Source: a virus
Direction: 5' to 3' (one strand)
IMG/VR virus record: IMGVR_UViG_3300045988_122538
DNA: 64,000 nucleotides
Below the pieces are notes generated by a model, which did no database searches, had not been told where the DNA came from, and saw nothing but the letters and a program-made list of their open reading frames with translations. This document shows, one piece after another, positions 46,594 through 56,661 of this stretch. The translations under genes were made by a program, and so were the position numbers. The stretch's first letter is position 1. Every line of letters begins with the position of its first letter.

Positions 46594-47511
46594 ATGTTTG
46601 ACACGAAATCAATTGTATTCATTGATAATTTGGAATTCTGGTTCTGCAGATGTGGTCTTACTAACAGCTTTTCTGTATACTACAACAAACCAGATTCCGA
46701 GAAGCCTATTGCTATCTACAATGAGTCTGAGGATAAATTAGATCTCAATGCAGAAGCTGGGCCGTTTGAGGACAATATTGAATCTAAGATTCGTTCTGCA
46801 TTCTACATCTTCAAAGATGGTCGTCCTGAATACGAAGTAGGCAGATTCATTGACAGCAAACTTTTGGCAGACAATGCTGATCCAACGTGTATCGATACAA
46901 GGTGCTATCTGTTTGATAAGATCCTTGCAGGTGCTATCTGTATGCACATTGAACACAGCAAGGTTCCGTCTAGTGCAAACGACAGCGGTGTAACATATGC
47001 AGCACGTTGTATCAACTGGCTCAGAAGCACAGACTTCTATAACTCTCCTGCTTCTACAAGATTCCACGAAGCTATTCCAAACGGACTGCTACTGCATACT
47101 CTTAAGGTCCTGAATCAGGTATATCAGCTTATGTCGCTCCCGGCTTTCAGCAGTGTAAAATTGCATGAAGCTGCAATTGTCGCACTTGCACATGACTGGT
47201 GTAAAATCGGCACATATGAATCATATATGAAAAATGTCAAAGACGAATCTACAGGTGTTTGGAATAAGGTTCCAGCATACAAACATAAGGACACAAGCAT
47301 TCCGTTTGGACATGGTGTTTCCTCTATGTATATTGCTCAGCGATTCGTCTATATGAATATGCAGCAAGCACTTGCTATTCGTTGGCATATGGGAAGATGG
47401 TATGTTTCCGATTCTGAAATGAATGATCTTCAGAATGCAAACGAGAATTATCCATTGGTTCATCTCCTTCAATTTGCAGATCAACTTGCCATCACAAATT
47501 ATGCAAACTAA
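46594..47511 (+). CDS. HD-domain phosphohydrolase-like protein
   Basis: Track frame 46579..47511. ATG 46594 follows GGAGG. H...HD signature is LLLHTLKV ... ALAHDWCKIG. Confidence 0.55.
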   Translation: MFDTKSIVFIDNLEFWFCRCGLTNSFSVYYNKPDSEKPIAIYNESEDKLDLNAEAGPFEDNIESKIRSAFYIFKDGRPEYEVGRFIDSKLLADNADPTCIDTRCYLFDKILAGAICMHIEHSKVPSSANDSGVTYAARCINWLRSTDFYNSPASTRFHEAIPNGLLLHTLKVLNQVYQLMSLPAFSSVKLHEAAIVALAHDWCKIGTYESYMKNVKDESTGVWNKVPAYKHKDTSIPFGHGVSSMYIAQRFVYMNMQQALAIRWHMGRWYVSDSEMNDLQNANENYPLVHLLQFADQLAITNYAN

Positions 47512-47547
47512 CTATCGATATTTCTTAATTTAATTTACTCCTTGAGG

Positions 47548-47580
47548 TATAGGCGTCCATTTTGGTCGCCTATATTTTAT
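47548..47580 (+). terminator. intrinsic terminator
   Basis: 8-bp stem TATAGGCG/CGCCTATA with an 11-nt loop, then TTTTAT. Confidence 0.6.
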
Positions 47581-47584
47581 GAGT

Positions 47585-47595
47585 AACCTTTAATA
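47585..47595 (+). promoter_or_regulatory. AACCTTATATA-box variant (AACCTTTAATA)
   Basis: Identical to the variant at 27313. Lies 37 nt upstream of ATG 47632. Confidence 0.3.
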
Positions 47596-47631
47596 GTAAC
47601 GAACATAAATTCCTAGGAGGTATATTTTATC

Positions 47632-48294
47632 ATGGTTGGAATTCCAAGTACTATCAAGCAATATGCTCAGGAAGATATAAATGCAGCATTAGGTAGAGTA
47701 AGTCATAACATGAAGTTCAAATCAATGACTTTTGAAACTAGCAAAGTAGATAGACTGAGCAATAATTATACAGTATATGCAACAGCTACTATATTGTGTC
47801 CAGATTTAAGACTACAGTTTGATTTCATTATGGAATATGCTGTAGAAAATGATTATGTATATGCAAGTGGAGATGTAGATGAATTTGCAGCTTCACTTGA
47901 AGAACGATATGCAGAATGTGAAGATGGTAAAGATGGTGAACCTATCAAAGCATCCACTCGGATCAAACGTAAGCCTATTATGGCTGCTGATATAGATAGT
48001 GAAGATGAAGATGAGTTTGTAGATACTGTAGATGATTTATCTGATAGCGTTGATGATATTCAAGATACACTTGATGAAATTGACGGTACAGAAATTGAAG
48101 AAGACGATATAGATATTGATCTTGATAACAACATTGCAAATCACTACATTGCAGAATGTGACACTTGTCATGGCATCTTTATTTCTGCACTTGTTGAATC
48201 TGATCAAGAAGTTGAAAAAGTATCCGGTATATGCCCTCTTTGCGATAAGGAAACAGACCAGTACCTCAAATTCATTGTTCGTCCTGTAGAATAA
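47632..48294 (+). CDS. hypothetical acidic protein with C-terminal zinc ribbon
   Basis: 220 aa with an AGGAGG RBS. Contains a D/E run (DIDSEDEDEFVDTVDDLSDSVDDIQDTLDEIDGTEIEEDDIDIDLD) and CDTCHG...CPLCD. Confidence 0.6.
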   Translation: MVGIPSTIKQYAQEDINAALGRVSHNMKFKSMTFETSKVDRLSNNYTVYATATILCPDLRLQFDFIMEYAVENDYVYASGDVDEFAASLEERYAECEDGKDGEPIKASTRIKRKPIMAADIDSEDEDEFVDTVDDLSDSVDDIQDTLDEIDGTEIEEDDIDIDLDNNIANHYIAECDTCHGIFISALVESDQEVEKVSGICPLCDKETDQYLKFIVRPVE

Positions 48295-48306
48295 GGAGGT
48301 TTGATA

Positions 48307-48792
48307 ATGGATTGGGGTGGAATTGTAATTGCAGCACTACCAGTAGTTTCTGCTGTATTAGTTGCTGTACTAAACAACTGGGAGAAGATCAATCCTAGTA
48401 AACGTAAAGTAAATGAGATGTATAAAGTTGTATCTGAACTTAAATCTGAGTTACAGACAAGTATACAATCTAATTCTCAAAAGTTTGATGAGATATCAAA
48501 ACAAGTTGATACAATATCGGCAGCTCAACGAACAAGCTTACAGACAAGCATATTAGCATATTGTAAGACAGTACAAGATGCAATTGATCATGGTGAAACA
48601 GAATATAAAGAAGAGCTAAAACAGCTCATAATTCTGTATCATGAATATTATTTATGTGGGTACAACAGCCAAGGAAGATTGTATTTCAATGATACTATTG
48701 AAAAAGCAGCTGATGATAATAACACACTTGTTCATGAGCTGATGACTACATATTTTTCTGATTATGACCCTAACACACATAAACACACATAA
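48307..48792 (+). CDS. membrane-anchored protein (single N-terminal TM; holin candidate, weak)
   Basis: Track frame 48301..48792. ATG 48307 follows AAGGAGG. N-terminal hydrophobic segment is GGIVIAALPVVSAVLVAVL. Confidence 0.45.
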   Translation: MDWGGIVIAALPVVSAVLVAVLNNWEKINPSKRKVNEMYKVVSELKSELQTSIQSNSQKFDEISKQVDTISAAQRTSLQTSILAYCKTVQDAIDHGETEYKEELKQLIILYHEYYLCGYNSQGRLYFNDTIEKAADDNNTLVHELMTTYFSDYDPNTHKHT

Positions 48793-48810
48793 ACAAAAGG
48801 AGGATTTCAT

Positions 48811-49197
48811 ATGTATAATGACATTTTATCTGCTGTGTTAAGTTTAGCAGTGACGTTTGTAGGTGCTACACTTACAACTATTATTATTCCATCTATCGCA
48901 AATTGGTTGAAGTATAAGACACAGCACCAAAAGCTTCAGTCCGTTATAGATGATATAACAGTAACTGTTACATCTAGTGTAGATATGCTGGAACAGACTG
49001 TTGTAAATCAGCTTAAGGCTGATGGGAAATGGGATTCCAAATCTCAAGCTGAAGTACTTCAATCTGCAATAACTGAAGTAATAAACGGGTTATCTCGTAC
49101 AACATATCAGATATTGAAATCAGAAAGTACAGACATAGAAGCTCTTATTAAGCGATATATTGAAGCATATATCCAATCTAAGAAAACAGACAAGTAA
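48811..49197 (+). CDS. membrane-anchored protein (single N-terminal TM; LL-H-type holin-like, weak)
   Basis: 128 aa with an AAGGAGG RBS. ILSAVLSLAVTFVGATLTTIIIPSI is followed by a helical soluble part. Confidence 0.45.
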   Translation: MYNDILSAVLSLAVTFVGATLTTIIIPSIANWLKYKTQHQKLQSVIDDITVTVTSSVDMLEQTVVNQLKADGKWDSKSQAEVLQSAITEVINGLSRTTYQILKSESTDIEALIKRYIEAYIQSKKTDK

Positions 49198-49219
49198 TAA
49201 ATTGAAAGGGTGATCCTGT

Positions 49220-50872
49220 ATGCGTATAATTAAATCGCAGAGAAATATTGCTGCTTCTTATATGCCTCCTAATCCATATGATATAGGTCCCAGTGACCCT
49301 AAGGAGTACAAGGTAGCAGATACTTCTAACTACGAACTTAACGTTCAATTTGACGATCCTATTATCATTTATGATGATGGTGATTTTGAATTTACTTCTG
49401 ATAAGTACAATCTTGACCCTGCTCCTGACAGTACTGGTGAATATAAGGATGAAGAATACAATGTAAATGTCATTGATGCAGATACTTTGTATGATATCAT
49501 ATATGGTCAGTTGATTCAGAAACATGTAACGGAAAAATATCCGTCTGGTAGATATCGTGTAACTGGTATCATTACGCTTCAATTTGACATTGATGGTGTT
49601 GAATATGATGAGGAGTTTTACGGTATTGATGAAGACGGTGATCCAGATTATTCTCGTGATTACTATGCTGATAATGCTGATAATGCTGATGCAAAACTTG
49701 TAAGTTTAGACTTAACAAGCTTGAATATTACAGCTGAAATCAATAGTGCTAGCGATATAATTGTATCAGCTGATGACGAAGAAACATGGGATTATCTCAA
49801 AAGCAAGCAAGTTACAGACTCCGACGGTATGCTAACAGATTATACATTGTATGTAAATTCTGATGGTTCTCGTTACATCTGTATGTTCGGTGATAATGAC
49901 GTATATGAACCAGATCCTGCGTATGCCGACTGGGAAGGCGATTCTGAAGAAGAAGCTTATGAATGGTTCAACAACTACACTTCAGGATATGAAGATGAAG
50001 ATGACATCTATGGTGCTACAAACACTTCTAATTCTGCAGAGTATGCAGGTGAACGAAACTATGATGGTACACATGTATTCTTGGTGAGGTCACCGTTGTT
50101 TGATAACATGACGTATGAAAACATGCTTCGTGATATGAGTCAGTATCGTGTAGAATCTACAGGATATTCCGATACTTTATGCGTGTATGCTGAACCTGAT
50201 GAAAAACAAGGTGTCCTTGATTTAATTGAGGATTTCAATCAGAATATTTCTGATGATAATATTATCAGTGCAACTGATGTTGATTACGAAGATGATATAC
50301 AAGAAATTGGTCAGGAATTCACATCAGAAAATACCTCCATCAACAACAATCGACTCCCTGCGGTTTTCAACATGGTAAGTTTTGAACCTGGTACTGTAAA
50401 CATTGATTACGGTGGAGGTAAATTTGACAATGTTGCAGAATACCTCACACAGTATGATGTTGTAAACTTAGTTTATGACCCATATAACAGAACTGCAGAG
50501 CATAACAAAGAAGTAATTCGTCTTGTAAGGGAGCATGGTGGTGCTGATACTGCTACTTGCTCTAATGTGCTGAATGTTATCAAGGAACCTGAAGTACGAC
50601 TCAACGTATTAAACAACATCAAGAAGCTTGTAAAGCCTAATGGTAAGGTTTACATCACAGTATATGAGGGCAAGGGCAATAATGCTGAAGGTCCTACAAA
50701 GTCTGGCTATCAGCTTAATAGGAAGACAGCAGAATATATGGATGAAATTCAACAAGTATTTCCTGATGCAAAACGTAAGGGCAAGTTGATTGTTGCTACT
50801 AATAGTAGTGGTTCTGTAACAAGTGCTACAAATGAATCTTGCTATGACAATACTAGCTTAACTACCTTGTAA
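49220..50872 (+). CDS. acidic N-terminal region fused to a class I SAM-methyltransferase-like domain
   Basis: 550 aa. The first ~330 aa are D/E/Y-rich. C-terminal motifs: IDYGGGKFD (motif I-like), LVYDPY (acidic end of beta-2), CSNVLNVI, VKPNGKVYITVYEG. Confidence 0.5.
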   Translation: MRIIKSQRNIAASYMPPNPYDIGPSDPKEYKVADTSNYELNVQFDDPIIIYDDGDFEFTSDKYNLDPAPDSTGEYKDEEYNVNVIDADTLYDIIYGQLIQKHVTEKYPSGRYRVTGIITLQFDIDGVEYDEEFYGIDEDGDPDYSRDYYADNADNADAKLVSLDLTSLNITAEINSASDIIVSADDEETWDYLKSKQVTDSDGMLTDYTLYVNSDGSRYICMFGDNDVYEPDPAYADWEGDSEEEAYEWFNNYTSGYEDEDDIYGATNTSNSAEYAGERNYDGTHVFLVRSPLFDNMTYENMLRDMSQYRVESTGYSDTLCVYAEPDEKQGVLDLIEDFNQNISDDNIISATDVDYEDDIQEIGQEFTSENTSINNNRLPAVFNMVSFEPGTVNIDYGGGKFDNVAEYLTQYDVVNLVYDPYNRTAEHNKEVIRLVREHGGADTATCSNVLNVIKEPEVRLNVLNNIKKLVKPNGKVYITVYEGKGNNAEGPTKSGYQLNRKTAEYMDEIQQVFPDAKRKGKLIVATNSSGSVTSATNESCYDNTSLTTL

Positions 50873-50891
50873 AATCAGAAGTAACTACACG

Positions 50892-50900
50892 AATCGTTAT
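50892..50900 (+). promoter_or_regulatory. AATCGTTAT box
   Basis: Exact copy 20 nt after the stop, abutting the terminator hairpin. Lies 62 nt upstream of ATG 50962. Confidence 0.35.
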
Positions 50901-50943
50901 AGACTACATAATCAATTCCAATTGGTTATGTAGTCTATTTTAT
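50901..50943 (+). terminator. intrinsic terminator
   Basis: 11-bp stem AGACTACATAA/TTATGTAGTCT with a 14-nt loop, then ATTTTAT. Confidence 0.7.
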
Positions 50944-50961
50944 ATTAGGAGGCTCAATTGT

Positions 50962-51177
50962 ATGGATACAAAAGCTATTCAGATGATTCAATCTAGAATT
51001 CAGGACAAGAAAAAGCTGTTGGAGGCATACAACCGTCAAATCAATCAAAATATGGACACCATCAACACGAGAGTATTTGAGTCTAATATGATCGGATGTC
51101 TCATCAAGTCCGCAGAACTAAAAGCTCAAATTGATGAGGATGAATTTATTCTTGATGTTCTGTATGATAAAGCTTAA
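50962..51177 (+). CDS. hypothetical protein
   Basis: 71-aa ORF with an AGGAGG RBS. Helical/coiled-coil-like. Confidence 0.6.
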   Translation: MDTKAIQMIQSRIQDKKKLLEAYNRQINQNMDTINTRVFESNMIGCLIKSAELKAQIDEDEFILDVLYDKA

Positions 51178-51190
51178 GGAGGTATATATC

Positions 51191-51385
51191 ATGGCAAAGA
51201 ATCCAGCTCAAGAAAAGATAACACATAACTTCTATTCAGACGGAAGTCCTTATGACCAGTGCAGAAAATGTGCTCATTACACAAGAGAAAATGGCAGAGA
51301 GACTTGCAAGAAGATTGGTAAGTTCTGCCCTACCATTGCATTCAGCTGTTATAAGTTCAACCCAGACTACAAAGGAGATATGTAA
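51191..51385 (+). CDS. small Cys-rich protein
   Basis: Track frame 51131..51385. ATG 51191 follows AGGAGG. Cysteine pattern is CRKCAHY...CKKIGKFC...SC. Confidence 0.55.
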   Translation: MAKNPAQEKITHNFYSDGSPYDQCRKCAHYTRENGRETCKKIGKFCPTIAFSCYKFNPDYKGDM

Positions 51386-53010
51386 TGTCACTTAATACAT
51401 CACAGCAAGCTGCAGTAGACTCTACAGCTAAAAAGATACTTGTACTTGCAGGTGCTGGTACCGGTAAAACACACACAATGATTTCTCGTGTATCTAGATT
51501 GGTAAACGACGGTGTAGATGTTTCTAACATCCTTGTATTAACATTTACAAATGCTGCTGCAAGGGAAATGAATCAAAGATATATGAAAACACACCCTAAT
51601 GGTGCAGCTCCTAAGTTCTGCACTTTTCATGCATTCTGCTACTCGCTGCTTGCAAGGGATTTTACAGTTCGTAGAGTGCTAGGATATACTACAGTACCAC
51701 GTATTCCAAGCGAAGCTGAGTTACGTAAGCTTGAAACTAGCTGTAAGAAACAATGCGGTACTAGATTATCCGATGATAAGTTAAAAGGTAAGATCAAACT
51801 CACAAAGACAGAACAATTTCAGTATGACGTATATTGGAAACAGTATGACAAGTTGTTGAAATCAAATGGCCTAATTACATTTGATAGATTGTGTAATAGT
51901 ATATGTGGGTTATTTGCACAAGAATGCGAGTGTGTGCAGTCTTATAAGCAGCGTTATACACATCTGTTTGTAGATGAATTTCAGGATACTGATCCTCGTC
52001 AATGGAGATTTGTATCTTCATTTGTAAATGCTAACCTGTTTGTTGTTGGTGATGCTAAGCAAGCTATCTATTCATTTAGAGGTGCTGATAGCTCTATCAT
52101 CAAATCGTTGGCTGAAAATTCGGAGTGGGAAACTATAAAGCTATCTCAGAATTATCGTTCTACACAGCAAATATGTGATTTTGCAAATGCTATACACAAG
52201 TCCTGGAAAGATACTGCTTATGACCTAAAAATTGTATCTGATAAACAAGGAGATAATGTTGTTGTAAAATCTGAGTTTGTTATGGACGGTATAAATTCAC
52301 TTACTCAGCTATTTTCTATATTCAAATTTTCAAACCCTACTGACACTTATGCACTACTATGCAGAAGTAATTCAGAAGTTGCTCAAGTTAAACAGCTTCT
52401 ACAGAAAGCAAATATTCCATTCACTACAAACAACCAAGGTAAGGATATTGCAGGTATCATGAAAAGTGCTGTAGATAGTAGCTACATGGTAAGCTGGTTA
52501 GCAGATAAATTATCTGCAAGCGAGTACAATAACTTCATACGGTTATGTGCTGTAGATCCTAACTATGAAACTGAAGAGGGATTCTTATCGGAATATGGTA
52601 ATCGTGTTTCAAGATATTCTAAGGATATCTTTGCAATTCGTTCAGTTCTTGATTCTGATGTATTTGCTCCGCAGAAATGTGTAAGCATCAAAGAAATCTT
52701 ACATTTACCAAACACTCAGATTGAATTGACATCTCAGACAAATGAAGCTGTAGTAGATCATATCATGAAATGTATTGAATCAGCTACAGTAGAATCTAAT
52801 GTATATGTAGGTACAATTCATTCTGTAAAAGGTCTTGAATTTGACATTGTACATCTTATCGGTGTTAATGGTAAATCATTTCCTGTTTATAAAAATGAAG
52901 AGCAAATGAATGTATACTATGTAGGCTGCACACGAGCTAAGAAAGAGCTTGTTGTATGGAATTCTTCTATTGGATATGAAGAGGAGGTTGAATCAAACGA
53001 TGTTGTTTGA
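51385..53010 (+). CDS. UvrD/PcrA/Rep-family SF1 helicase
   Basis: Walker A is AGAGTGKTHT, motif II is VDEFQDT, and YSFRGA, QNYRST and TIHSVKGLEF are present. Confidence 0.9.
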   Translation: MSLNTSQQAAVDSTAKKILVLAGAGTGKTHTMISRVSRLVNDGVDVSNILVLTFTNAAAREMNQRYMKTHPNGAAPKFCTFHAFCYSLLARDFTVRRVLGYTTVPRIPSEAELRKLETSCKKQCGTRLSDDKLKGKIKLTKTEQFQYDVYWKQYDKLLKSNGLITFDRLCNSICGLFAQECECVQSYKQRYTHLFVDEFQDTDPRQWRFVSSFVNANLFVVGDAKQAIYSFRGADSSIIKSLAENSEWETIKLSQNYRSTQQICDFANAIHKSWKDTAYDLKIVSDKQGDNVVVKSEFVMDGINSLTQLFSIFKFSNPTDTYALLCRSNSEVAQVKQLLQKANIPFTTNNQGKDIAGIMKSAVDSSYMVSWLADKLSASEYNNFIRLCAVDPNYETEEGFLSEYGNRVSRYSKDIFAIRSVLDSDVFAPQKCVSIKEILHLPNTQIELTSQTNEAVVDHIMKCIESATVESNVYVGTIHSVKGLEFDIVHLIGVNGKSFPVYKNEEQMNVYYVGCTRAKKELVVWNSSIGYEEEVESNDVV

Positions 53011-53359
53011 TGTTGCAGGATGCTCACATAAGATGATTAGTAACACAGAACTGTTATTGAAGTCAATTGCATGGCATCTATCAAGCAAGCGTGACTGTAG
53101 AGGTAAGACATACAAAGTAATAATTGACAACAACACTGTATATTTTGACATATCGACTACATTACAGTCTCACTCAGGTGGCAGGAATTGTATGATGCCA
53201 GTAATTCAGCACATTATCATAGAACATTTTTCAGATATTGCTGATAAAAATCCAATAGTTAACAATCATTGTAATGTAATACCTGATTCATTAGTACCTG
53301 GTACATATGAATATAGACCATTTGCGTCAGGAAAGTATAGACACTGGTTCAAAGTATGA
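53000..53359 (+). CDS. hypothetical protein
   Basis: Track frame 52949..53359. ATG 53000 follows GAGGAGG. Confidence 0.55.
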   Translation: MLFDVAGCSHKMISNTELLLKSIAWHLSSKRDCRGKTYKVIIDNNTVYFDISTTLQSHSGGRNCMMPVIQHIIIEHFSDIADKNPIVNNHCNVIPDSLVPGTYEYRPFASGKYRHWFKV

Positions 53360-53379
53360 AGTAGATTGAGGTGGAACAT

Positions 53380-53646
53380 ATGTCAAATGATAAATCAAGT
53401 GTAACTATAATCTGTAAACGATGTAGCGGAGTAGATTCTACTCCACCGGAAGTTTACATTTTATCAAGATCAGCAACTTACTTAGATATATATGCAGCTA
53501 CTATTCTTGTTAAAGATGATCCTAGGATAACTGTCTATATATCTACGTTACATGGTCCAGATGATCTCATAATTCAGCTTGCAAATGACGTAAACTTTAA
53601 GAGACCATATTTCATAAAAGTATTAGAAGGCGGTAAGATTATATGA
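53380..53646 (+). CDS. hypothetical protein
   Basis: Track frame 53371..53646. ATG 53380 follows GAGGTGG. Confidence 0.55.
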   Translation: MSNDKSSVTIICKRCSGVDSTPPEVYILSRSATYLDIYAATILVKDDPRITVYISTLHGPDDLIIQLANDVNFKRPYFIKVLEGGKII

Positions 53647-53894
53647 ATATATTAGAGCACGAATGCATAGTAATTCCTGGCGGTATATACAGACATTTCA
53701 AAGGTTCTCTGTATGAAGTTATAGGTGTAGCAAAACATTCTGAGAATGGCGAGAACATGGTTGTATATCGAAGCTTAAATACAGGAGATATGTATGTACG
53801 TCCTATTGATATGTTTACATCTGACGTAGATAAAGACAAGTATCCAAATGTTAAACAGAAATGTAGATTTCAACTTGAATGTCTACCTGATTAA
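53643..53894 (+). CDS. DUF1653-like protein
   Basis: GIYRHFKGSLYEVIGVAKHSENGENMVVYRSLNTGDMYVRPIDMF fits the DUF1653 pattern. ATGA overlap with the previous gene. Confidence 0.65.
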   Translation: MNILEHECIVIPGGIYRHFKGSLYEVIGVAKHSENGENMVVYRSLNTGDMYVRPIDMFTSDVDKDKYPNVKQKCRFQLECLPD

Positions 53895-53913
53895 AATTTT
53901 GGAGGGTCAGTAT

Positions 53914-54216
53914 ATGATATCAATTGGAATTGTTAAGTTTCTGTCAGATGATACAATCATGTACTTTCGTTGGGAAGCTATAGAACACCATAGATCTGTT
54001 TGTAGATGTGGGTTTATCTACCCAAAGCTATACACTACATTTGAAGATGCTTGTCGTGGTAATGAGGAATACATGTACAATTTCAACACATGTACACATA
54101 ATCTAGAAGATGTAATGATTTGCTTCAATTGTTTTGATACATCATGGACAGTTTGTGGTAAATGTAAAGCTTGTAGATGTCCTGAATGTATGATGCTATC
54201 TAATACATCTGTATGA
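53914..54216 (+). CDS. small Cys-rich protein
   Basis: Track frame 53848..54216. ATG 53914 follows GGAGGG. Multiple CxxC pairs (CFNCF, CGKCKACRCPEC). Confidence 0.55.
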   Translation: MISIGIVKFLSDDTIMYFRWEAIEHHRSVCRCGFIYPKLYTTFEDACRGNEEYMYNFNTCTHNLEDVMICFNCFDTSWTVCGKCKACRCPECMMLSNTSV

Positions 54217-54230
54217 TTTGAGGTACTTAT

Positions 54231-54803
54231 ATGATCAAACAAAAACATGTAGATGGTATGCTACTAGCAACATTGCTTACAACACTGTTCTATTCAGCTA
54301 CATATCCATATATACATAAAGAAATTGTATCAGTAGTATCTGATTCTGTCATAGCATTGAACCAGATAATCAATTGTCTATCTATCATCATATATGGTAA
54401 GGTTTGGAACAAATATTCGGATAGACTTTTCAAGTTCTATCCTATATTTTGTGTTCTAGAAACATTACTATCTATCGGATCGGCAACATGGGCAATTGTA
54501 TCTGGAAATATATTATCATACTATATCATTGATACACTAATATTCTCTATTGTTACTCGTAACATATGTTGTGGTGGCGTAAAGCTTCGTGCTATTCGAT
54601 ATAGAACTGAAAAAGATAGAGAACATTTTGATAACAACAATAACTCAATGTCAGCTATAGCTACTATTATTGGTTCAGTTATAGCTATGGTATTAGATTT
54701 AGATTTCACTGTTATGCTTATTTTAGCTACAATTGGAAATTCAATTGATAATACATTCTACATTTTCATCTTCTACAACCAAAAGAAGCTGACCAAAAGG
54801 TAG
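54231..54803 (+). CDS. integral membrane protein
   Basis: 190 aa with several hydrophobic helices. Confidence 0.6.
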   Translation: MIKQKHVDGMLLATLLTTLFYSATYPYIHKEIVSVVSDSVIALNQIINCLSIIIYGKVWNKYSDRLFKFYPIFCVLETLLSIGSATWAIVSGNILSYYIIDTLIFSIVTRNICCGGVKLRAIRYRTEKDREHFDNNNNSMSAIATIIGSVIAMVLDLDFTVMLILATIGNSIDNTFYIFIFYNQKKLTKR

Positions 54804-54812
54804 AATCGTTAT
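54804..54812 (+). promoter_or_regulatory. AATCGTTAT box (candidate phage promoter element)
   Basis: Exact copy immediately after the stop TAG 54801-03, 29 nt upstream of ATG 54841. Confidence 0.4.
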
Positions 54813-54840
54813 TAAACATATCAAACATAAGGAGGTACAC

Positions 54841-56658
54841 ATGATGAAACTTTCATCAATCCGAATTCAAGGTATGCACAATGTCGTAGACAAAACTTAC
54901 AAACTCAATAATATGAATTATTTTGTAGGTCCTAACGGTGCAGGTAAATCTACTGTAATGCAGGCAATTCAGCTTGCACTCCTCGGCTATATTCCTGGTA
55001 CTGATAAAAAGAAATCAGCTATCTTCCAGCATTCTAATGGATATGCAATGTCAGTATCACTGGTTATTTCTGACTCTACAGGAGATATCACAATCACTCG
55101 TACATGGACTCGTAAGGGTAAGAATATTGAAGCACAAGTAATTACAGAACCTATGAGTGCTGATGTAGAGGCTATCATTGGCGATATTTCGCTGCCTATT
55201 CTTAACTTCAGCGAATTCATTTCGATGACATCTAACAAGCTGAAAGACTGGTTCATCAATTTTCTGCCTAACAGTGAATCTTCTATTGACTGGGATTCAA
55301 AGCTTCGTCAGGGTCTTTCTAGTTATGGTAAGATCCTCAACCCGGACTTTGTAACAGAAACAGTTGATTATGTTACAGGACTTGAGTCTCATGGGCTTGA
55401 TCAGATCAGAGACTTCAATGCTTATCTTAAGCAGACACAGTCAGCTAAAAAGGTAGAGTTAACACGTGTACAAGGTACAATTCAGAGCCTCATCTTTTAT
55501 GATGATTGTGATATGTCTGCTGATGTAGCTGAACTCAATGAGCAGAATCATAATGATACTCTACTCAAGGATATTCTTAAACAGCAAGTTCTTCGTATTG
55601 CTCATAATAAGAAGATTGACGCACAGTTGAAAACATTCACAGAAGTAATTTGTGATTCACTTGAATCAGATGAACGATATAAGTTTAACCTTAAAACTAT
55701 CGAAGATGCAAATGCAACTATTTCTAAGTACGAAGAAACTACTACAGATCTGTTATCAACTATTTCTGTTTTGAATCAGCAGCGTGTTGATAAGCAGTCT
55801 GTAATTGCAGGAGCAGGTGTATGCCCGTACAGCGGAACTGTATGTGATTCTATTAAGCAGATGCTGTCAGTATTTGAAGCTGACATCAAAGTAATTGATG
55901 CAGAACTTGCTAAATGCAATGAGGAACTTCAAGCTGCAAGAATCAAAGTAGATGCTGCTAAAAAGAATAAATTCAATTGTGAACGTCAGAATAATTTACT
56001 TGTATCTCAGTACAAACAGGTTGAAGCTCTGCGGAAACAGTATGATGTATGTGTTGGAGATCTTGATGAAAATGTATTGCAGATTAACATTCCGGACATC
56101 GAATCTCGAATCAAATCTCGTAATGATATGATTATCAAGATTGAAGCTAACAAGCAGTATAATGAGCTTACAACAAAACTTACTGCTCAGAAGTTCCAGA
56201 TTGAGCAAGAGATTGAAATCTTGAAAGATTGGATCAAACTTACAGATGTAAACGGTATGCAGTCTGATATTATGAAAGCTCCGTTCAACAAGCTTGCTGG
56301 AAAGATGTCAATGTATCTGAATAAATTCTTCGGAAGTACAGATCTTACAGCAGCATTCCATCTTACACAAGAAGCTAACAGTTTCAGTTTTGGTATTCGT
56401 AAGGCAGATAATACTTACATTGAATTTGATCTGCTGTCAAGCGGTGAAAAATGTCTGTATACATTGTCCCTTATGTTAGGGCTCATCGAAACATCGAATA
56501 CTCAGCTGCCGATTCTGCTTATTGATGACCTTCTTGATCATCTTGACACTTCAAGAATTACATCTTGCTTTGAAACCTTGTATAGTATCGATAATGTACA
56601 GGTACTCCTTGCAGGTGTACAGAATTCGCCTATTGATGAATGCACAGTAAAGGTATGA
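54841..56658 (+). CDS. Rad50/SbcC/SMC-like ATPase
   Basis: Walker A is GPNGAGKST. A long central coiled-coil contains a CPYSGTVC hook-like motif. The C-terminus has LSSGEK (signature) and LLIDDLLDHLD (Walker B). Confidence 0.7.
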   Translation: MMKLSSIRIQGMHNVVDKTYKLNNMNYFVGPNGAGKSTVMQAIQLALLGYIPGTDKKKSAIFQHSNGYAMSVSLVISDSTGDITITRTWTRKGKNIEAQVITEPMSADVEAIIGDISLPILNFSEFISMTSNKLKDWFINFLPNSESSIDWDSKLRQGLSSYGKILNPDFVTETVDYVTGLESHGLDQIRDFNAYLKQTQSAKKVELTRVQGTIQSLIFYDDCDMSADVAELNEQNHNDTLLKDILKQQVLRIAHNKKIDAQLKTFTEVICDSLESDERYKFNLKTIEDANATISKYEETTTDLLSTISVLNQQRVDKQSVIAGAGVCPYSGTVCDSIKQMLSVFEADIKVIDAELAKCNEELQAARIKVDAAKKNKFNCERQNNLLVSQYKQVEALRKQYDVCVGDLDENVLQINIPDIESRIKSRNDMIIKIEANKQYNELTTKLTAQKFQIEQEIEILKDWIKLTDVNGMQSDIMKAPFNKLAGKMSMYLNKFFGSTDLTAAFHLTQEANSFSFGIRKADNTYIEFDLLSSGEKCLYTLSLMLGLIETSNTQLPILLIDDLLDHLDTSRITSCFETLYSIDNVQVLLAGVQNSPIDECTVKV

Positions 56659-56661
56659 TAT

